A DNA stretch of 64,000 nt from Escherichia coli (GCF_003790525.1 NZ_CP033635.1), one strand, 5' to 3'; counted from the stretch's first letter, positions 32,773 through 43,194 are shown. Made by a program: numbers and translations. Notes: generated by a model from the sequence alone, not told the origin.

Positions 32773-33492
32773 ATCGCTGCGACAGTGGCTAATGCTGTAC
32801 TCAATAGGCCGTTGCTGTTGGTCAAGCGCCACTTGCTTGATCACCAGCACCGGTATTTTGCTATCTAACTGAATATGTGACTGAAACTCGGCATCCGGCA
32901 TCCGGGCGCTAACGCGGGAACGTGTACGTTGTGGGTAAATGTGCTGGCTGCGGAAATAGTCATAAAGTGAAATCCCGATGGCATCAACATCATGAATTAA
33001 ATGCGCCGGAACCCACGATTCCTCAATCGATACCGCTTCTTCATCGACATAGCGAATACGCTTAAGCAAAAAGACATCACTTCCTGCTTCGACCGCCAGC
33101 TGCTGCGCGACTTCTTCGGGACATTTCACGACACGCTTGTTAACCCATAGCGTATCGGGCTTTTTCCCGCGCAATACCACCTGCTGAGAAAAACCTCGCG
33201 CTTCTTTCAACGAGTATTCGAAGATGTTGTTGATCTGCGTGCCGTAACCGCGCGAACGCGTCACCACACCCTCTTCTTCCAGCGCCTGCATCGCCTTGCG
33301 CACCGTAATGCGCGAAACGCCGGTTAACTGACTTAAATCACGCTCACCGGGCAAAATATTGCCATGCTCCAGCACCCCGCTGCGCACGGCATTTTTTACC
33401 GTTTCGGCAAACTTAATATAAAGCGGCGTGTTATCCGCAGCTAAAATACGCTCGTTCAGTTGGGCAATCAGCTGGGTATGCGCTTGTTCCAT
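32746..33492 (-). CDS. yegW: GntR/HutC-family transcriptional regulator YegW (248 aa)
   Basis: N-terminal GntR HTH (LPGERDLSQLTGVSRITVRKAMQAL) plus UTRA-like C-terminus; 3' end overlaps the yegV 3' end by 27 bp. Confidence 0.85.
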   Translation of the reverse strand: MEQAHTQLIAQLNERILAADNTPLYIKFAETVKNAVRSGVLEHGNILPGERDLSQLTGVSRITVRKAMQALEEEGVVTRSRGYGTQINNIFEYSLKEARGFSQQVVLRGKKPDTLWVNKRVVKCPEEVAQQLAVEAGSDVFLLKRIRYVDEEAVSIEESWVPAHLIHDVDAIGISLYDYFRSQHIYPQRTRSRVSARMPDAEFQSHIQLDSKIPVLVIKQVALDQQQRPIEYSISHCRSDLYVFVCEE

Positions 33493-33543
33493 TTGTCTTT
33501 TTCCTGCCAGGGAGTCTGGTGGGAGTATATCACTGCTTCTTAT

Positions 33544-34371
33544 TTAAGGCGTTTCTTTAATCCCATCAACGAATCCCTGCAACTCCTCCACCGTGCCATT
33601 AAACACATTAAAATCCACCGGACCATTGATGCCATCTACCTGTCCACGGTCGGAATGCTGCCAGAAGCGCCAGGCCATTCCGTCATTGTCCGGACGACGT
33701 TGATAATAGTGAGCCACCCACCACGGATATTCATTAAAATAGCCCGCCAGATTCGTGTGATAAAAAACGGCTCCTGAGTAAATAATCGGCTTTTTTCCCG
33801 TGCGTTTTTCTACCATTTTTAGCCACTGACTTACCCGCTTGCGTAATTCTTTTGCCGATAATTTTCCCCGTTCTTCTACGTCCAGCACGGCAGGGAAATC
33901 GCCTTGTGAGAAATCCACCGTTTGCAGAAATAATCGCGCCTGAACTGAAGCGGATACCGACGGGGAGAAATAATGATACGCCCCACGCAGCATGCCATTT
34001 TCGCGGCTTAGTTGCCAGTTACGCGAAAAATAGGGGTCCACCAGCTTTTCGCCTTCCGTCGCCTTAATAAAAGCAAACTGTAAGCGGATACCGTTGTCGC
34101 GCATTTTTGCCACCCGCTGCCAGTCGATCCGCTCCTGCCAGCGCGAAACATCTATTCCGTGAATGGTATAACTGGCAGGAATGCGAATTGCGAAAGATTT
34201 AACCGGGCGATAACCGTAGAAGTGGATGTAGTCTTTAATCTGAACTGCTGTCGAATAGAAAAAATTCACCGTCTGACGCGGATAAATTGCAATGATGGAA
34301 ATTAGCCCAAGAACGCATAATAAAGCGGTGAATTTTTTTCGACTGGTGATTCTCAGCTGCATTGGTTTCAT
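33544..34371 (-). CDS. yegX: Glycoside hydrolase family 25 (lysozyme-like) protein YegX (275 aa)
   Basis: N-terminal TM/signal segment followed by a GH25-like domain (GIDVSRWQ...). Confidence 0.8.
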   Translation of the reverse strand: MKPMQLRITSRKKFTALLCVLGLISIIAIYPRQTVNFFYSTAVQIKDYIHFYGYRPVKSFAIRIPASYTIHGIDVSRWQERIDWQRVAKMRDNGIRLQFAFIKATEGEKLVDPYFSRNWQLSRENGMLRGAYHYFSPSVSASVQARLFLQTVDFSQGDFPAVLDVEERGKLSAKELRKRVSQWLKMVEKRTGKKPIIYSGAVFYHTNLAGYFNEYPWWVAHYYQRRPDNDGMAWRFWQHSDRGQVDGINGPVDFNVFNGTVEELQGFVDGIKETP

Positions 34372-34426
34372 CCCTGAATGTCAGTGCCAAAGACTGACAA
34401 TAACCAAAGCAGCTATAGTACGGTGC

Positions 34427-35227
34427 TCACCACCAGGCGTGGAAGTGGTGAACCGGACCAATACCGTGACCAACTTCCAGCATGTCGGCCTGGGCTAACG
34501 CCGATGAAAGCCAGCTTTTTGCCTCCTGTACGGTGTCAGCCCAGTTTGTATGGCGCGGGCGTAGTGCAGCCAACGCCGCAGAGAGTGTACAACCAGTGCC
34601 GTGGGTGTTTTTGGTCATAATGCGCGGTGCGGTAAACCGTTGTTCACCCTCGCGAGTAAACAGCCAGTCCGGGCTTTGCTCATCATCCAGATGACCACCT
34701 TTCATTAGCACTGCGCCACAGCCCATCGCCAACAGCGATCGCCCTTGTTCCAGCATTTCCTGTTCGTTGCGCGCGTGTGGCGCGTCGAGCAAGGCGGCAG
34801 CTTCGGGCAAGTTTGGCGTTATTAATGAAACCTGTGGCAATAATCGACTGCGCAGCGTAGCAACCGCCGAAGGTGAAAGCAGCGGATCGCCGCTTTTTGC
34901 CAGCATAACAGTGTCGAGTACCACGTTTTGGATCTGATAACGTTGCAACCGTTCTGCCACCGCTTCAACAATATCGGTTTCCGCCAACATACCGATTTTA
35001 GTGGTATCGATTCGCACATCGCTGAACACCGAATCGAGCTGGGCGGCGACAAAATCAGGCTCAATGCGATACACCGACTGTACGCCACGGGTATTTTGCG
35101 CCACCAGTGCAGTAATAACTGAGCAACCATAAGCGCCAAGTGCCGAGAAGGTTTTAAGATCGGCCTGAATCCCCGCACCACCACTCGGATCAGTACCGGC
35201 AATCGTCAGAGCGTTAATTCGTTTCAT
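34427..35227 (-). CDS. thiD: Hydroxymethylpyrimidine/phosphomethylpyrimidine kinase ThiD (266 aa)
   Basis: [31 protein letters not shown]..., the ThiD/PdxK family N-terminus. Confidence 0.9.
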   Translation of the reverse strand: MKRINALTIAGTDPSGGAGIQADLKTFSALGAYGCSVITALVAQNTRGVQSVYRIEPDFVAAQLDSVFSDVRIDTTKIGMLAETDIVEAVAERLQRYQIQNVVLDTVMLAKSGDPLLSPSAVATLRSRLLPQVSLITPNLPEAAALLDAPHARNEQEMLEQGRSLLAMGCGAVLMKGGHLDDEQSPDWLFTREGEQRFTAPRIMTKNTHGTGCTLSAALAALRPRHTNWADTVQEAKSWLSSALAQADMLEVGHGIGPVHHFHAWW

Positions 35228-36012
35228 GCCTGCACCTCCTGCGTCAATTGCCAGAGCGCATCAAGGAAATGTGGAACAAAACTGCCTGGCCCCTCGCTTC
35301 TGGCGACAGCGCGTTCTCCGGCTTGTTTCATCCAGTGACAGGCAGATGCGACATTTTCCAGCATATCGCCTGGTAAGGCACAACAGGCAGCGACAACCGC
35401 CGATAATGCACAGCCAGTTCCTACCACTTTGGTCATTAACGGATCGCCACCGTGAATACCAATGATACGATGTCCATCGGTAACATAATCCACCTCGCCA
35501 GTGACCACGACGATTGCGCCAGTTTCCCGTGCCAGTGTTTGTGCAGCGGGTATCGCGTTAGCTGCGGCGTCAGTGGTATCCACTCCCCGTCCGCCATTAG
35601 CAATGCCAGCTAATGCCATGATTTCCGAAGCATTACCACGTATCGCTGCCGGTTTAAAAGATAAAAGTTCATGACAAAAATGGCGGCGATAATCGAGCGC
35701 ACCCACCGCTACTGGATCAAGCGTCCAGGGTGTTTGAGAGCTTTTTGCTTGCTCAACGGCAGCACGCATCGCCTGTGCGCGTGGCTGCGTCAGTGTGCCA
35801 ACGTTAATCAACAAGGCACTGGCGATAGCCGCAAACTGACTGGCCTCTTCGGTTTCGATAACCATCGCTGGCGATGCACCGAGCGCCAGCAAGGTATTGG
35901 CGGTAAAGGTTTGCACCACATCATTGGTCATGCAGTGCACAAGAGGGGAATGTTGGTGAAAAAGGTGTAACGCGTGCGCAGATTGCGCTGAACCCAGCAG
36001 GTCGACTTGCAT
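35224..36012 (-). CDS. thiM: Hydroxyethylthiazole kinase ThiM (262 aa)
   Basis: 262-aa ORF overlapping the thiD start; a TPP riboswitch lies immediately upstream. Confidence 0.9.
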   Translation of the reverse strand: MQVDLLGSAQSAHALHLFHQHSPLVHCMTNDVVQTFTANTLLALGASPAMVIETEEASQFAAIASALLINVGTLTQPRAQAMRAAVEQAKSSQTPWTLDPVAVGALDYRRHFCHELLSFKPAAIRGNASEIMALAGIANGGRGVDTTDAAANAIPAAQTLARETGAIVVVTGEVDYVTDGHRIIGIHGGDPLMTKVVGTGCALSAVVAACCALPGDMLENVASACHWMKQAGERAVARSEGPGSFVPHFLDALWQLTQEVQA

Positions 36013-36039
36013 AGTTTGCTCCTGCCATAACGTGAAGAA

Positions 36040-36145
36040 GCAATGACCTGGTGGTCCGTGACTTCCCTACGCTGGCATTATCCAGATCAGGTGATACGGG
36101 TATTTCTCAGCCTTCACGCAGAAGGGCACCCCGAGTCGTTTGGTT
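36040..36145 (-). ncRNA. TPP (thi-box) riboswitch in the thiMD leader; ends approximate
   Basis: Minus strand reads GGGGTGCCCTTCTGCGTGAAGGCTGAGAAATACCCGTATCACCTGATCTGGATAATGCCAGCGTAGGGAA, containing the conserved CTGAGA and ACCTGATCTGGATAATGCCAGCG elements of the thiM riboswitch. Confidence 0.85.
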
Positions 36146-36234
36146 GCGATGATAAATCGCAGAGGAGGATGGTAATGTCCAGCGCACGCGTTGTAAACGA
36201 GGAAAAACGGCAGTTTTACAATCGCGTTAATAAA

Positions 36235-36507
36235 TTATTTGATATATGAATCCAGCACCTTCAGAACGACATCCAGATCTTCTTCACGTTTTAGCTCATC
36301 CCCCTGGTGAACGATGTGTTCCGTCAGATGACCTTTAATCACTTCCCGCATCAGACCGTTTACCGCGCCACGGATAGCAGCAATCTGTTGTAAAACTGCA
36401 GCGCATTCGTGCGGCTCGTCGAGCATTTTCTTGAGCGCCACGACCTGGCCCTGAATCTTACTGGCACGCGCTTTCAGTTTCTGTTTATCACGGATTGTAT
36501 GAGACAT
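36235..36507 (-). CDS. rcnR: Ni/Co-responsive repressor RcnR (90 aa, RcnR/CsoR family)
   Basis: 90-aa [24 protein letters not shown]... divergent from rcnA. Confidence 0.9.
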
Positions 36508-36555
36508 GGCAACACCTGGTTAACAAGAATATGAAAAATCATAGCACTATTAATC

Positions 36556-36590
36556 TACTGGGGGGTAGTATCAGGTACTGGGGGGGAGTA
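36556..36590. promoter_or_regulatory. Tandem RcnR operator sites (TACT-G6/7-N-AGTA)
   Basis: TACTGGGGGGTAGTA (36556-36570) and TACTGGGGGGGAGTA (36576-36590) in the rcnR-rcnA intergenic region; matches the published RcnR recognition motif. Confidence 0.8.
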
Positions 36591-36627
36591 GAATCAGATT
36601 GCCGAATTAATACTAAGAATTATTATC

Positions 36628-37452
36628 ATGACCGAATTTACAACTCTTCTTCAGCAAGGAAACGCCTGGTTCTTCATCCCCAGCGCCATCTTACTTGGTG
36701 CGCTTCATGGCCTGGAACCAGGGCACTCAAAAACGATGATGGCGGCGTTTATCATCGCCATCAAAGGCACCATTAAACAGGCGGTGATGCTCGGACTGGC
36801 AGCAACCATTTCGCATACCGCGGTGGTCTGGTTGATTGCCTTTGGCGGGATGGTGATCAGTAAGCGCTTTACTGCTCAATCAGCAGAACCGTGGCTCCAG
36901 CTGATTTCCGCAGTGATCATTATTAGCACCGCGTTCTGGATGTTCTGGCGTACCTGGCGCGGCGAACGCAACTGGCTGGAGAATATGCACGGGCATGATT
37001 ATGAGCATCATCATCACGATCACGAAGATCACCACGACCATGGACATCATCACCATCACGAACATGGCGAGTATCAGGATGCCCATGCACGAGCCCATGC
37101 CAATGATATTAAACGACGCTTTGATGGTAGAGAGGTCACCAACTGGCAAATTTTGTTATTTGGCTTAACAGGTGGTCTTATCCCCTGTCCGGCAGCAATT
37201 ACCGTGCTGTTGATTTGCATTCAGTTGAAAGCCCTGACACTGGGCGCAACACTGGTCGTCAGTTTCAGCATTGGCCTGGCGTTAACGCTGGTCACCGTAG
37301 GCGTTGGCGCAGCAATCAGCGTTCAGCAGGTCGCAAAACGCTGGAGCGGATTTAACACTCTCGCTAAACGCGCCCCCTATTTTTCCAGTCTGTTGATTGG
37401 CTTAGTTGGTGTGTATATGGGCGTACATGGCTTCATGGGCATAATGCGATAA
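36628..37452 (+). CDS. rcnA: Nickel/cobalt efflux protein RcnA (274 aa) with His-rich loop
   Basis: Membrane protein with central loop HGHDYEHHHHDHEDHHDHGHHHHHEHGEYQDAHARAH. Confidence 0.9.
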   Translation: MTEFTTLLQQGNAWFFIPSAILLGALHGLEPGHSKTMMAAFIIAIKGTIKQAVMLGLAATISHTAVVWLIAFGGMVISKRFTAQSAEPWLQLISAVIIISTAFWMFWRTWRGERNWLENMHGHDYEHHHHDHEDHHDHGHHHHHEHGEYQDAHARAHANDIKRRFDGREVTNWQILLFGLTGGLIPCPAAITVLLICIQLKALTLGATLVVSFSIGLALTLVTVGVGAAISVQQVAKRWSGFNTLAKRAPYFSSLLIGLVGVYMGVHGFMGIMR

Positions 37453-37670
37453 CTCAATCCTTTAGGCTTGCATGTTATCTTCAGCCCAGGATGATTCTTA
37501 AATCAGCTATTTCCGCTGACTCTCTGCTCGCTAAGGATGCTTTTAGGGCATCCTTTCATTTACACTTTTTACGAAATCATGGGATCACTAACAAAATATC
37601 GCTTGTCAGTTATATTGTATGGCAGGAAAGATATGCGACTGATATTACAGATCCCCAAAGTGGAGAGTTT

Positions 37671-38009
37671 ATGACCATTAAAAATAAGATGTTGCTGGGT
37701 GTGCTTTTGCTGGTTACCAGTGCCGCCTGGGCCGCACCAGCCACCGCGGGTTCGACCAATACCTCGGGAATTTCTAAGTATGAGTTAAGTAGTTTCATTG
37801 CTGACTTTAAGCATTTCAAACCAGGTGATACCGTCCCAGAGATGTACCGCACCGATGAGTACAACATTAAGCAGTGGCAGTTACGTAACCTGCCCGCGCC
37901 TGATGCCGGGACGCACTGGACCTATATGGGTGGCGCGTACGTGTTGATCAGCGACACCGACGGTAAAATCATTAAAGCCTACGACGGTGAGATTTTTTAT
38001 CATCGCTAA
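37671..38009 (+). CDS. rcnB: Periplasmic protein RcnB/YohN (112 aa)
   Basis: ORF 37491-38009 trimmed to ATG at 37671 after GGAGAG; signal peptide MTIKNKMLLGVLLLVTSAAWA. Confidence 0.8.
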   Translation: MTIKNKMLLGVLLLVTSAAWAAPATAGSTNTSGISKYELSSFIADFKHFKPGDTVPEMYRTDEYNIKQWQLRNLPAPDAGTHWTYMGGAYVLISDTDGKIIKAYDGEIFYHR

Positions 38010-38035
38010 AAAAATCCCCCTCATCATGAGGGGGA
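38008..38035. terminator. Bidirectional intrinsic terminator between convergent rcnB and yehA
   Basis: A-run, then TCCCCCTCATCATGAGGGGGA; on the minus strand the hairpin is followed by a T-run. Confidence 0.65.
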
Positions 38036-38090
38036 AATGCAGACACCTTGTTATTTTTTATTATTAGCCACTTGCTCGTCTTGCTTGTTA

Positions 38091-39125
38091 TTAGTCGTAT
38101 TTCACGTTGATTAATGCGGTTGCCTCCAGTGCGCCAGATTTAACTTTGTTTGTATCGTAGACGTAGTAACTGGCTGTTATCGGAATTGAAACCGTTGTAT
38201 CTGTAAGTTTTGACTTTGCCGCAATTTCTTTTAAATTTGTGTATCCTTTGCTGTTATCAGTGATATTTAAAAGTGTGACTGGCGAACCATTACTTTCAAG
38301 AATAAATCCTACGCCATTATCTTCCGCACCTTTCAGTATTGTGTTGCTGTTGGTTAACAAGTCAGAACTTGATAAATACACCTGCATTTTCCGTGATGTT
38401 TGATTTTGTTGACCTAATAAATTTTTACAACGCAGAATAATATCCCCTTTTTTACTATTTATTGTTGCTTTGTTACCTGTGGCTGGTAATTGTGAAACGG
38501 GAATACCCTCTAAAGTAATTAATAAATCGTCCGGTTTGCAGGTTGTGGTTATCGGGTTGTATGACAAGGTCAGATTAAAGGAATAGACACCTGCATTTTG
38601 TGCCAATGCATTTCTATAGCTATTTACACATGCATCCCATGACTTGCCACCTAATAAACACAGTAGAAATTGTACTGCGGCACTCCCGCGTGTCGATGAT
38701 GAAGCACTGGATAATGTCGCAACACCATTAATCATCACTGAACCGCCGCCCCCCGCAGAAACATTCACTTTTGCATTACTGGCCGCAGGTGTCACCGTTA
38801 CCGAATAACCATTGGTGAAACTGGTCTGATTATTTGACAACGTGATGTTATTTTTATTGGTCCATTCAAAATGTAAATTTAATTTAATGGTATCGTTATA
38901 AAGTCCAACAATAATATCCGACGGGCTCATAGGGGTGATAGTATTTGTACTCACGCATGACGAATCATTAAAATTATGCTCATATGTCGCCATTTGTGTT
39001 TGAGTAAGTGCAAAATCCCCCTGAACAACCAAGTTGTGCTGAACAGATAACTCACTATAACATGCCGCATAGCTCACAGGCATAACCATCATCATTAATA
39101 TAAATAGCATTATGCGAATTTCCAT
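38091..39125 (-). CDS. yehA: Fimbrial adhesin-like protein YehA (344 aa)
   Basis: Signal peptide, Ser/Thr/Asn-rich, last gene of a chaperone-usher operon. Confidence 0.85.
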   Translation of the reverse strand: MEIRIMLFILMMMVMPVSYAACYSELSVQHNLVVQGDFALTQTQMATYEHNFNDSSCVSTNTITPMSPSDIIVGLYNDTIKLNLHFEWTNKNNITLSNNQTSFTNGYSVTVTPAASNAKVNVSAGGGGSVMINGVATLSSASSSTRGSAAVQFLLCLLGGKSWDACVNSYRNALAQNAGVYSFNLTLSYNPITTTCKPDDLLITLEGIPVSQLPATGNKATINSKKGDIILRCKNLLGQQNQTSRKMQVYLSSSDLLTNSNTILKGAEDNGVGFILESNGSPVTLLNITDNSKGYTNLKEIAAKSKLTDTTVSIPITASYYVYDTNKVKSGALEATALINVKYD

Positions 39126-39140
39126 AGAACCACCTGACTA

Positions 39141-41621
39141 TTACTGGCAAATATAATTTCTACTTTCATCAATCTCTTTACCGAAGGTGATTGTGCATGA
39201 AAGTCCTTGTTGCTTATCAATTGCTACATTAACCGATGGCGGTACTTCATTGGTGCGAATAAATAACTGGCTTCCCTGACCGACAACGCCAATATTATGA
39301 CCATGGATATCATTGACTTCATAACCAAACATTAATGGTTGCCCATCCGCTCTTAACGCTTTTATAAACCAGGGCTTGCGCTGATCGGTATCAAAATTAA
39401 CCAGTACAACCGCGCCGCGATAAGGGGCGGCAATTTTCCGGTTGCCACGTAATTCTGCTTCGCTATCGCTTTGCGACACATCCAGCATCAGGTGATTTTC
39501 CCGATAAGGTGTCATTCCGTCGTATACCACCACTCCATTACGGTTTGTTGTGCGATATTTTTGCCCATTGACATAAGCATCTTTAATTCCTGGGGCATTC
39601 ATCACAGCAAACGTTTCGGAAAGACGGTTCGCCAGATTAACGCCACCCGACCAGGCGACAATGCCCCCAGAAACACTGGCTCCAGCCTGTCGATAAGTAC
39701 TCGACTGACTATAACTGCCATTCACTGTCGCAACCGGCGCGTTCCAGGTCAAATTCGCCCCAGCTGTCGTTTCATTTCCCTGATGCTGATAACTCAGGTT
39801 GACCCCATAGTTAAACTGATCCCGGCTTCCAACGGTTCCTGATAATCCCGTATTATTTGAGGCAAACCCCTGATCATCAAACGTCGTTGAGTTAGACATA
39901 TATATTTGCCGACGAGGCGTCGTAACGTCATCACCCCAATCAAAGGGAATCGATATAAAAATATTAAATCGTTTCTCTTCATGATGATTCTCGTCATAAG
40001 CCTGGCTTGCCGCGAGGGTATAGCTTATCCGCCGCCAGTTATTGGAATAACTCAACTGATAATCCTTACTGCTGCCGCTACGTCCCCAGTAATCTCGCCA
40101 TAACGTACTTAAGGACACAGAACCCCAGCCTTCTGGCAATGACTGGCTCATATTGGCAGAAAAGCTATTTTTACGGCCAAAATCGTTCTGGTAATAATCG
40201 GCAATGTCATAGACATCGTTTTCATCACAGCGATAATTATCTTTATTGTTTGCCCAAACGTGATCATTAAATGTCCGGTAATCACGCGATGAATAACGCC
40301 AGGCCGCAAGACCAAAACGCGTCGACGTTTGGCTCACAAATTTGTTGTAGGCAATTTGATAACTTTGCCCGTCAAACACATCGCCGTTGTCTTGTTTACT
40401 ATGCGACTTAGTGGCATCGACGGAAATGGCACCAATGCGTGTATTCCAGCCAGTCCCCAAAGTAAACGCGTAATAATTATTCGCGACCATCGAGCCGCCA
40501 TACAGCGTCAATAAATTATTAAAACCATACTGATAACCCACCTGGACAAATTCACTTTGTTTGCTCGCCCCTTCAATATGGCTACGACCCGCCGCAAAAT
40601 CATATTTCGACACGCCGGGTTGCAGCATATTTGGCACCGCTGCATAAGGCACCAGATAGGTGGTTACCGAACCGTCCGCCTCTTTCACGCTGACATCAAG
40701 ATCTGCTCCACCACCGGCCAACTGCAAATCTGTAATCGCGAACGGGCCAGGAGGAACCTCTTTCTGATAAACGACAAAACCATTCTGTTCAATAGTTACC
40801 AGCGCGTTACTCTGAGCAATCCCCTGCACCCGTGGCGTAAAATTTTGTTTCGAGTTAGGCAACATCTGCATATCACGAAACAACCGCACACCTCTGAAGC
40901 GAACAGAATCAAAAATATCGCTTGATGTGTACATATCACCCACGCGAAGCGTGCCGAGAAGTTGGGCAAATCCACGTTCCAGATACAGGGTATTGCTTTT
41001 CCACACCCCTGGATTGTTATTTGTTTTACTGAAACTGGCATCAGAATGCAGTTGCCACCCCAGTAAATTTAACCCGCTGTTAAAACGTACATATGTACTC
41101 TTGTTATTACCCGACGCTTTATAGTCGCTGTAATACTGACTCAGATAATAAGAGGTATAAAACGCATTAATACCCCGCTCCCAGTTTTCCGGTGGAACAT
41201 AGCCACTTTCCAGTTCTTCCACCCAGGCCTGCGGGACACTGAAATCGAGACGAAAAACCCCGATATCCCAGGTATAGCTCCCACCCTGAACAAGTTGCTC
41301 AAATGTTAAACATTGCTTACCGCTGGCGAAGTTATCGCTATTAATGCCTAACCGCTTGATAACTTCTCTTGATAAACATGTTTCTTGCGGGTTGTCTTTA
41401 ACAATAATCTCATATTTCCCGCGCCATTGCTTATTGACATAAATATCGATGTCATACTGCCCCGGTAAGGGTTGATTATCATCAAGACGAATATTTGCAA
41501 CCTGCTGGTCTTTCATTCCACCTATCATAAAATGGGTATCAAAGGTTTCTTCAGCTGCATAAGCTTCAATGCCGAGCAATAACGCTACGATTGCTGATGC
41601 AAGTGGGGTCATTCTCAACAT
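39141..41621 (-). CDS. yehB: Fimbrial outer-membrane usher YehB (826 aa)
   Basis: ORF 39141-41636 trimmed to ATG at 41621 (AGGAG 7 bp upstream); usher-family size and sequence. Confidence 0.9.
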   Translation of the reverse strand: MLRMTPLASAIVALLLGIEAYAAEETFDTHFMIGGMKDQQVANIRLDDNQPLPGQYDIDIYVNKQWRGKYEIIVKDNPQETCLSREVIKRLGINSDNFASGKQCLTFEQLVQGGSYTWDIGVFRLDFSVPQAWVEELESGYVPPENWERGINAFYTSYYLSQYYSDYKASGNNKSTYVRFNSGLNLLGWQLHSDASFSKTNNNPGVWKSNTLYLERGFAQLLGTLRVGDMYTSSDIFDSVRFRGVRLFRDMQMLPNSKQNFTPRVQGIAQSNALVTIEQNGFVVYQKEVPPGPFAITDLQLAGGGADLDVSVKEADGSVTTYLVPYAAVPNMLQPGVSKYDFAAGRSHIEGASKQSEFVQVGYQYGFNNLLTLYGGSMVANNYYAFTLGTGWNTRIGAISVDATKSHSKQDNGDVFDGQSYQIAYNKFVSQTSTRFGLAAWRYSSRDYRTFNDHVWANNKDNYRCDENDVYDIADYYQNDFGRKNSFSANMSQSLPEGWGSVSLSTLWRDYWGRSGSSKDYQLSYSNNWRRISYTLAASQAYDENHHEEKRFNIFISIPFDWGDDVTTPRRQIYMSNSTTFDDQGFASNNTGLSGTVGSRDQFNYGVNLSYQHQGNETTAGANLTWNAPVATVNGSYSQSSTYRQAGASVSGGIVAWSGGVNLANRLSETFAVMNAPGIKDAYVNGQKYRTTNRNGVVVYDGMTPYRENHLMLDVSQSDSEAELRGNRKIAAPYRGAVVLVNFDTDQRKPWFIKALRADGQPLMFGYEVNDIHGHNIGVVGQGSQLFIRTNEVPPSVNVAIDKQQGLSCTITFGKEIDESRNYICQ

Positions 41622-41636
41622 AGGCAGCTCCTGCAA

Positions 41637-42356
41637 TTAAATTTTGTCACTAATATAGTTGCCATGGTCATCGATAATGGTCAGATGCCAGTTATTTGCA
41701 TTATTACTTTTGACATTAACACTCTGACTTTCTAAGGGGGCAATCATAATAGTTTCATAATTGACTTTGACATTATTAGCTTTGACATCCGAAATCGTCA
41801 CCCAATTAGCTGAGTCATTTTTTATCACCAAACCATTGCCACTGCGATTTACCAGCAATTTTTTAAATGTCGCTTTATTTACCGGAGCAATACCCGCTGG
41901 CCGGTAAAACAACTTAATTCTGTTTTGCATCGCAAACTTCAGTGCATTCTTACCTTCTTGCTCTGGACTATTTGGTGGAATATCCAGAACATTCAGATAA
42001 AAAATGCTTTCTTTATTAGTGGGCAGTTTATTCGGCATAATTTTGATTTTTACTTGCTGCCCGGAATTTGCCCCTATTTTTGCCACTGGTGGCGTTAACA
42101 TGAAAGGAACCTGAATTTTTTCTGGTGGTAATGACGTATCGCCATCATCAATCCACGCCTGCAGCAGCGAAGAACGGTTTCCCTGGTTCATCAACTGCAC
42201 CATCACTTCTTTATTTTCTGCCGGGTAAATAATGCGCGTCCCGTAGATAACAATTCCGGCATGTGCAGGAAGGACCATAGAAAAAATGAGTAAAGATAAT
42301 AATCCTTTCATTTTAATGCCTCTTAAATTAAAAGGCCGCCATGGGATAGCGGCCAT
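41637..42356 (-). CDS. yehC: Periplasmic pilus chaperone YehC (239 aa)
   Basis: PapD-like chaperone sequence; the start may be the internal MKGLLSLLIF. Confidence 0.85.
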   Translation of the reverse strand: MAAIPWRPFNLRGIKMKGLLSLLIFSMVLPAHAGIVIYGTRIIYPAENKEVMVQLMNQGNRSSLLQAWIDDGDTSLPPEKIQVPFMLTPPVAKIGANSGQQVKIKIMPNKLPTNKESIFYLNVLDIPPNSPEQEGKNALKFAMQNRIKLFYRPAGIAPVNKATFKKLLVNRSGNGLVIKNDSANWVTISDVKANNVKVNYETIMIAPLESQSVNVKSNNANNWHLTIIDDHGNYISDKI

Positions 42357-42390
42357 GTTTATTACCTGGAGAAACTTACAATTTTATTTA

Positions 42391-42933
42391 TTAATCCTGC
42401 GCCACACGCATAACCAGAGAAGATAACACATCACCTGATTGCACTGAGTTATCTGTCAGTTTCAGGTATTTTGCTTTAAACGGAATAGCATATTGACCTT
42501 CCGCTGTTTTATAACTCTCAATGTTAAAAGGTGCAGAAACATCCAGGACATCGCTGTTATCACCTAAATAGAGATAGTAACCCACGGTATCGTTGCTACT
42601 GGCTATCGCCTTATCGTTACCGGTTATTTTATCGTTGGTAATCAACGAGAGTTTTACACCAGCAACTTCTTTCGGGCAGCTAATTTTTAACATGCTGCTG
42701 GTTACACCGACTGCATCATCATAGGTAGAATATTTAGCTTTACCTTCAAAGACACTGGTTGGTACAGTCGGCATATTAATACTTACTGAATCACCACCCG
42801 CTTCGAATTTACACGGAGATTCTGCAATATTCCCCTTAATAGTTAATGTTCCGGTATCAACGTCTGCAGCAAATACTCCAGCGCTCATAAAAAAAGAAGA
42901 AAAGACAGCGGCAGCAATAATTGAACGTTTCAT
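42391..42933 (-). CDS. yehD: Fimbrial major subunit-like protein YehD (180 aa)
   Basis: Signal peptide MKRSIIAAAVFSSFFMSAGVFA and fimbrial subunit fold features. Confidence 0.85.
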   Translation of the reverse strand: MKRSIIAAAVFSSFFMSAGVFAADVDTGTLTIKGNIAESPCKFEAGGDSVSINMPTVPTSVFEGKAKYSTYDDAVGVTSSMLKISCPKEVAGVKLSLITNDKITGNDKAIASSNDTVGYYLYLGDNSDVLDVSAPFNIESYKTAEGQYAIPFKAKYLKLTDNSVQSGDVLSSLVMRVAQD

Positions 42934-43154
42934 AATATGTTCCTTAATAAAATTTTATTTTTGGTTGTTAAGAGTCTGTATCTCTTGGAAACAAATTTCT
43001 CACATCAAAAAAGTTGCCGCAATGTAAACACATTGTTTTATTGATTTAAAACAAATTAACCATTGCAATATAAATACAAAAAACATTTAAGAGTATTAAC
43101 TATTTATCGCATCTATCAATTAATGTAGATTTATGTAAATGGTATTGTTGATAT

Positions 43155-43194
43155 CAATAAAAAAGCCGAAATCATTTATATAAATGATTTCGGC
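43155..43194 (-). terminator. Intrinsic terminator downstream of yehE
   Basis: Perfect inverted repeat GCCGAAATCATTT-ATAT-AAATGATTTCGGC (43165-43194) followed on the minus strand by a T-run. Confidence 0.7.
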
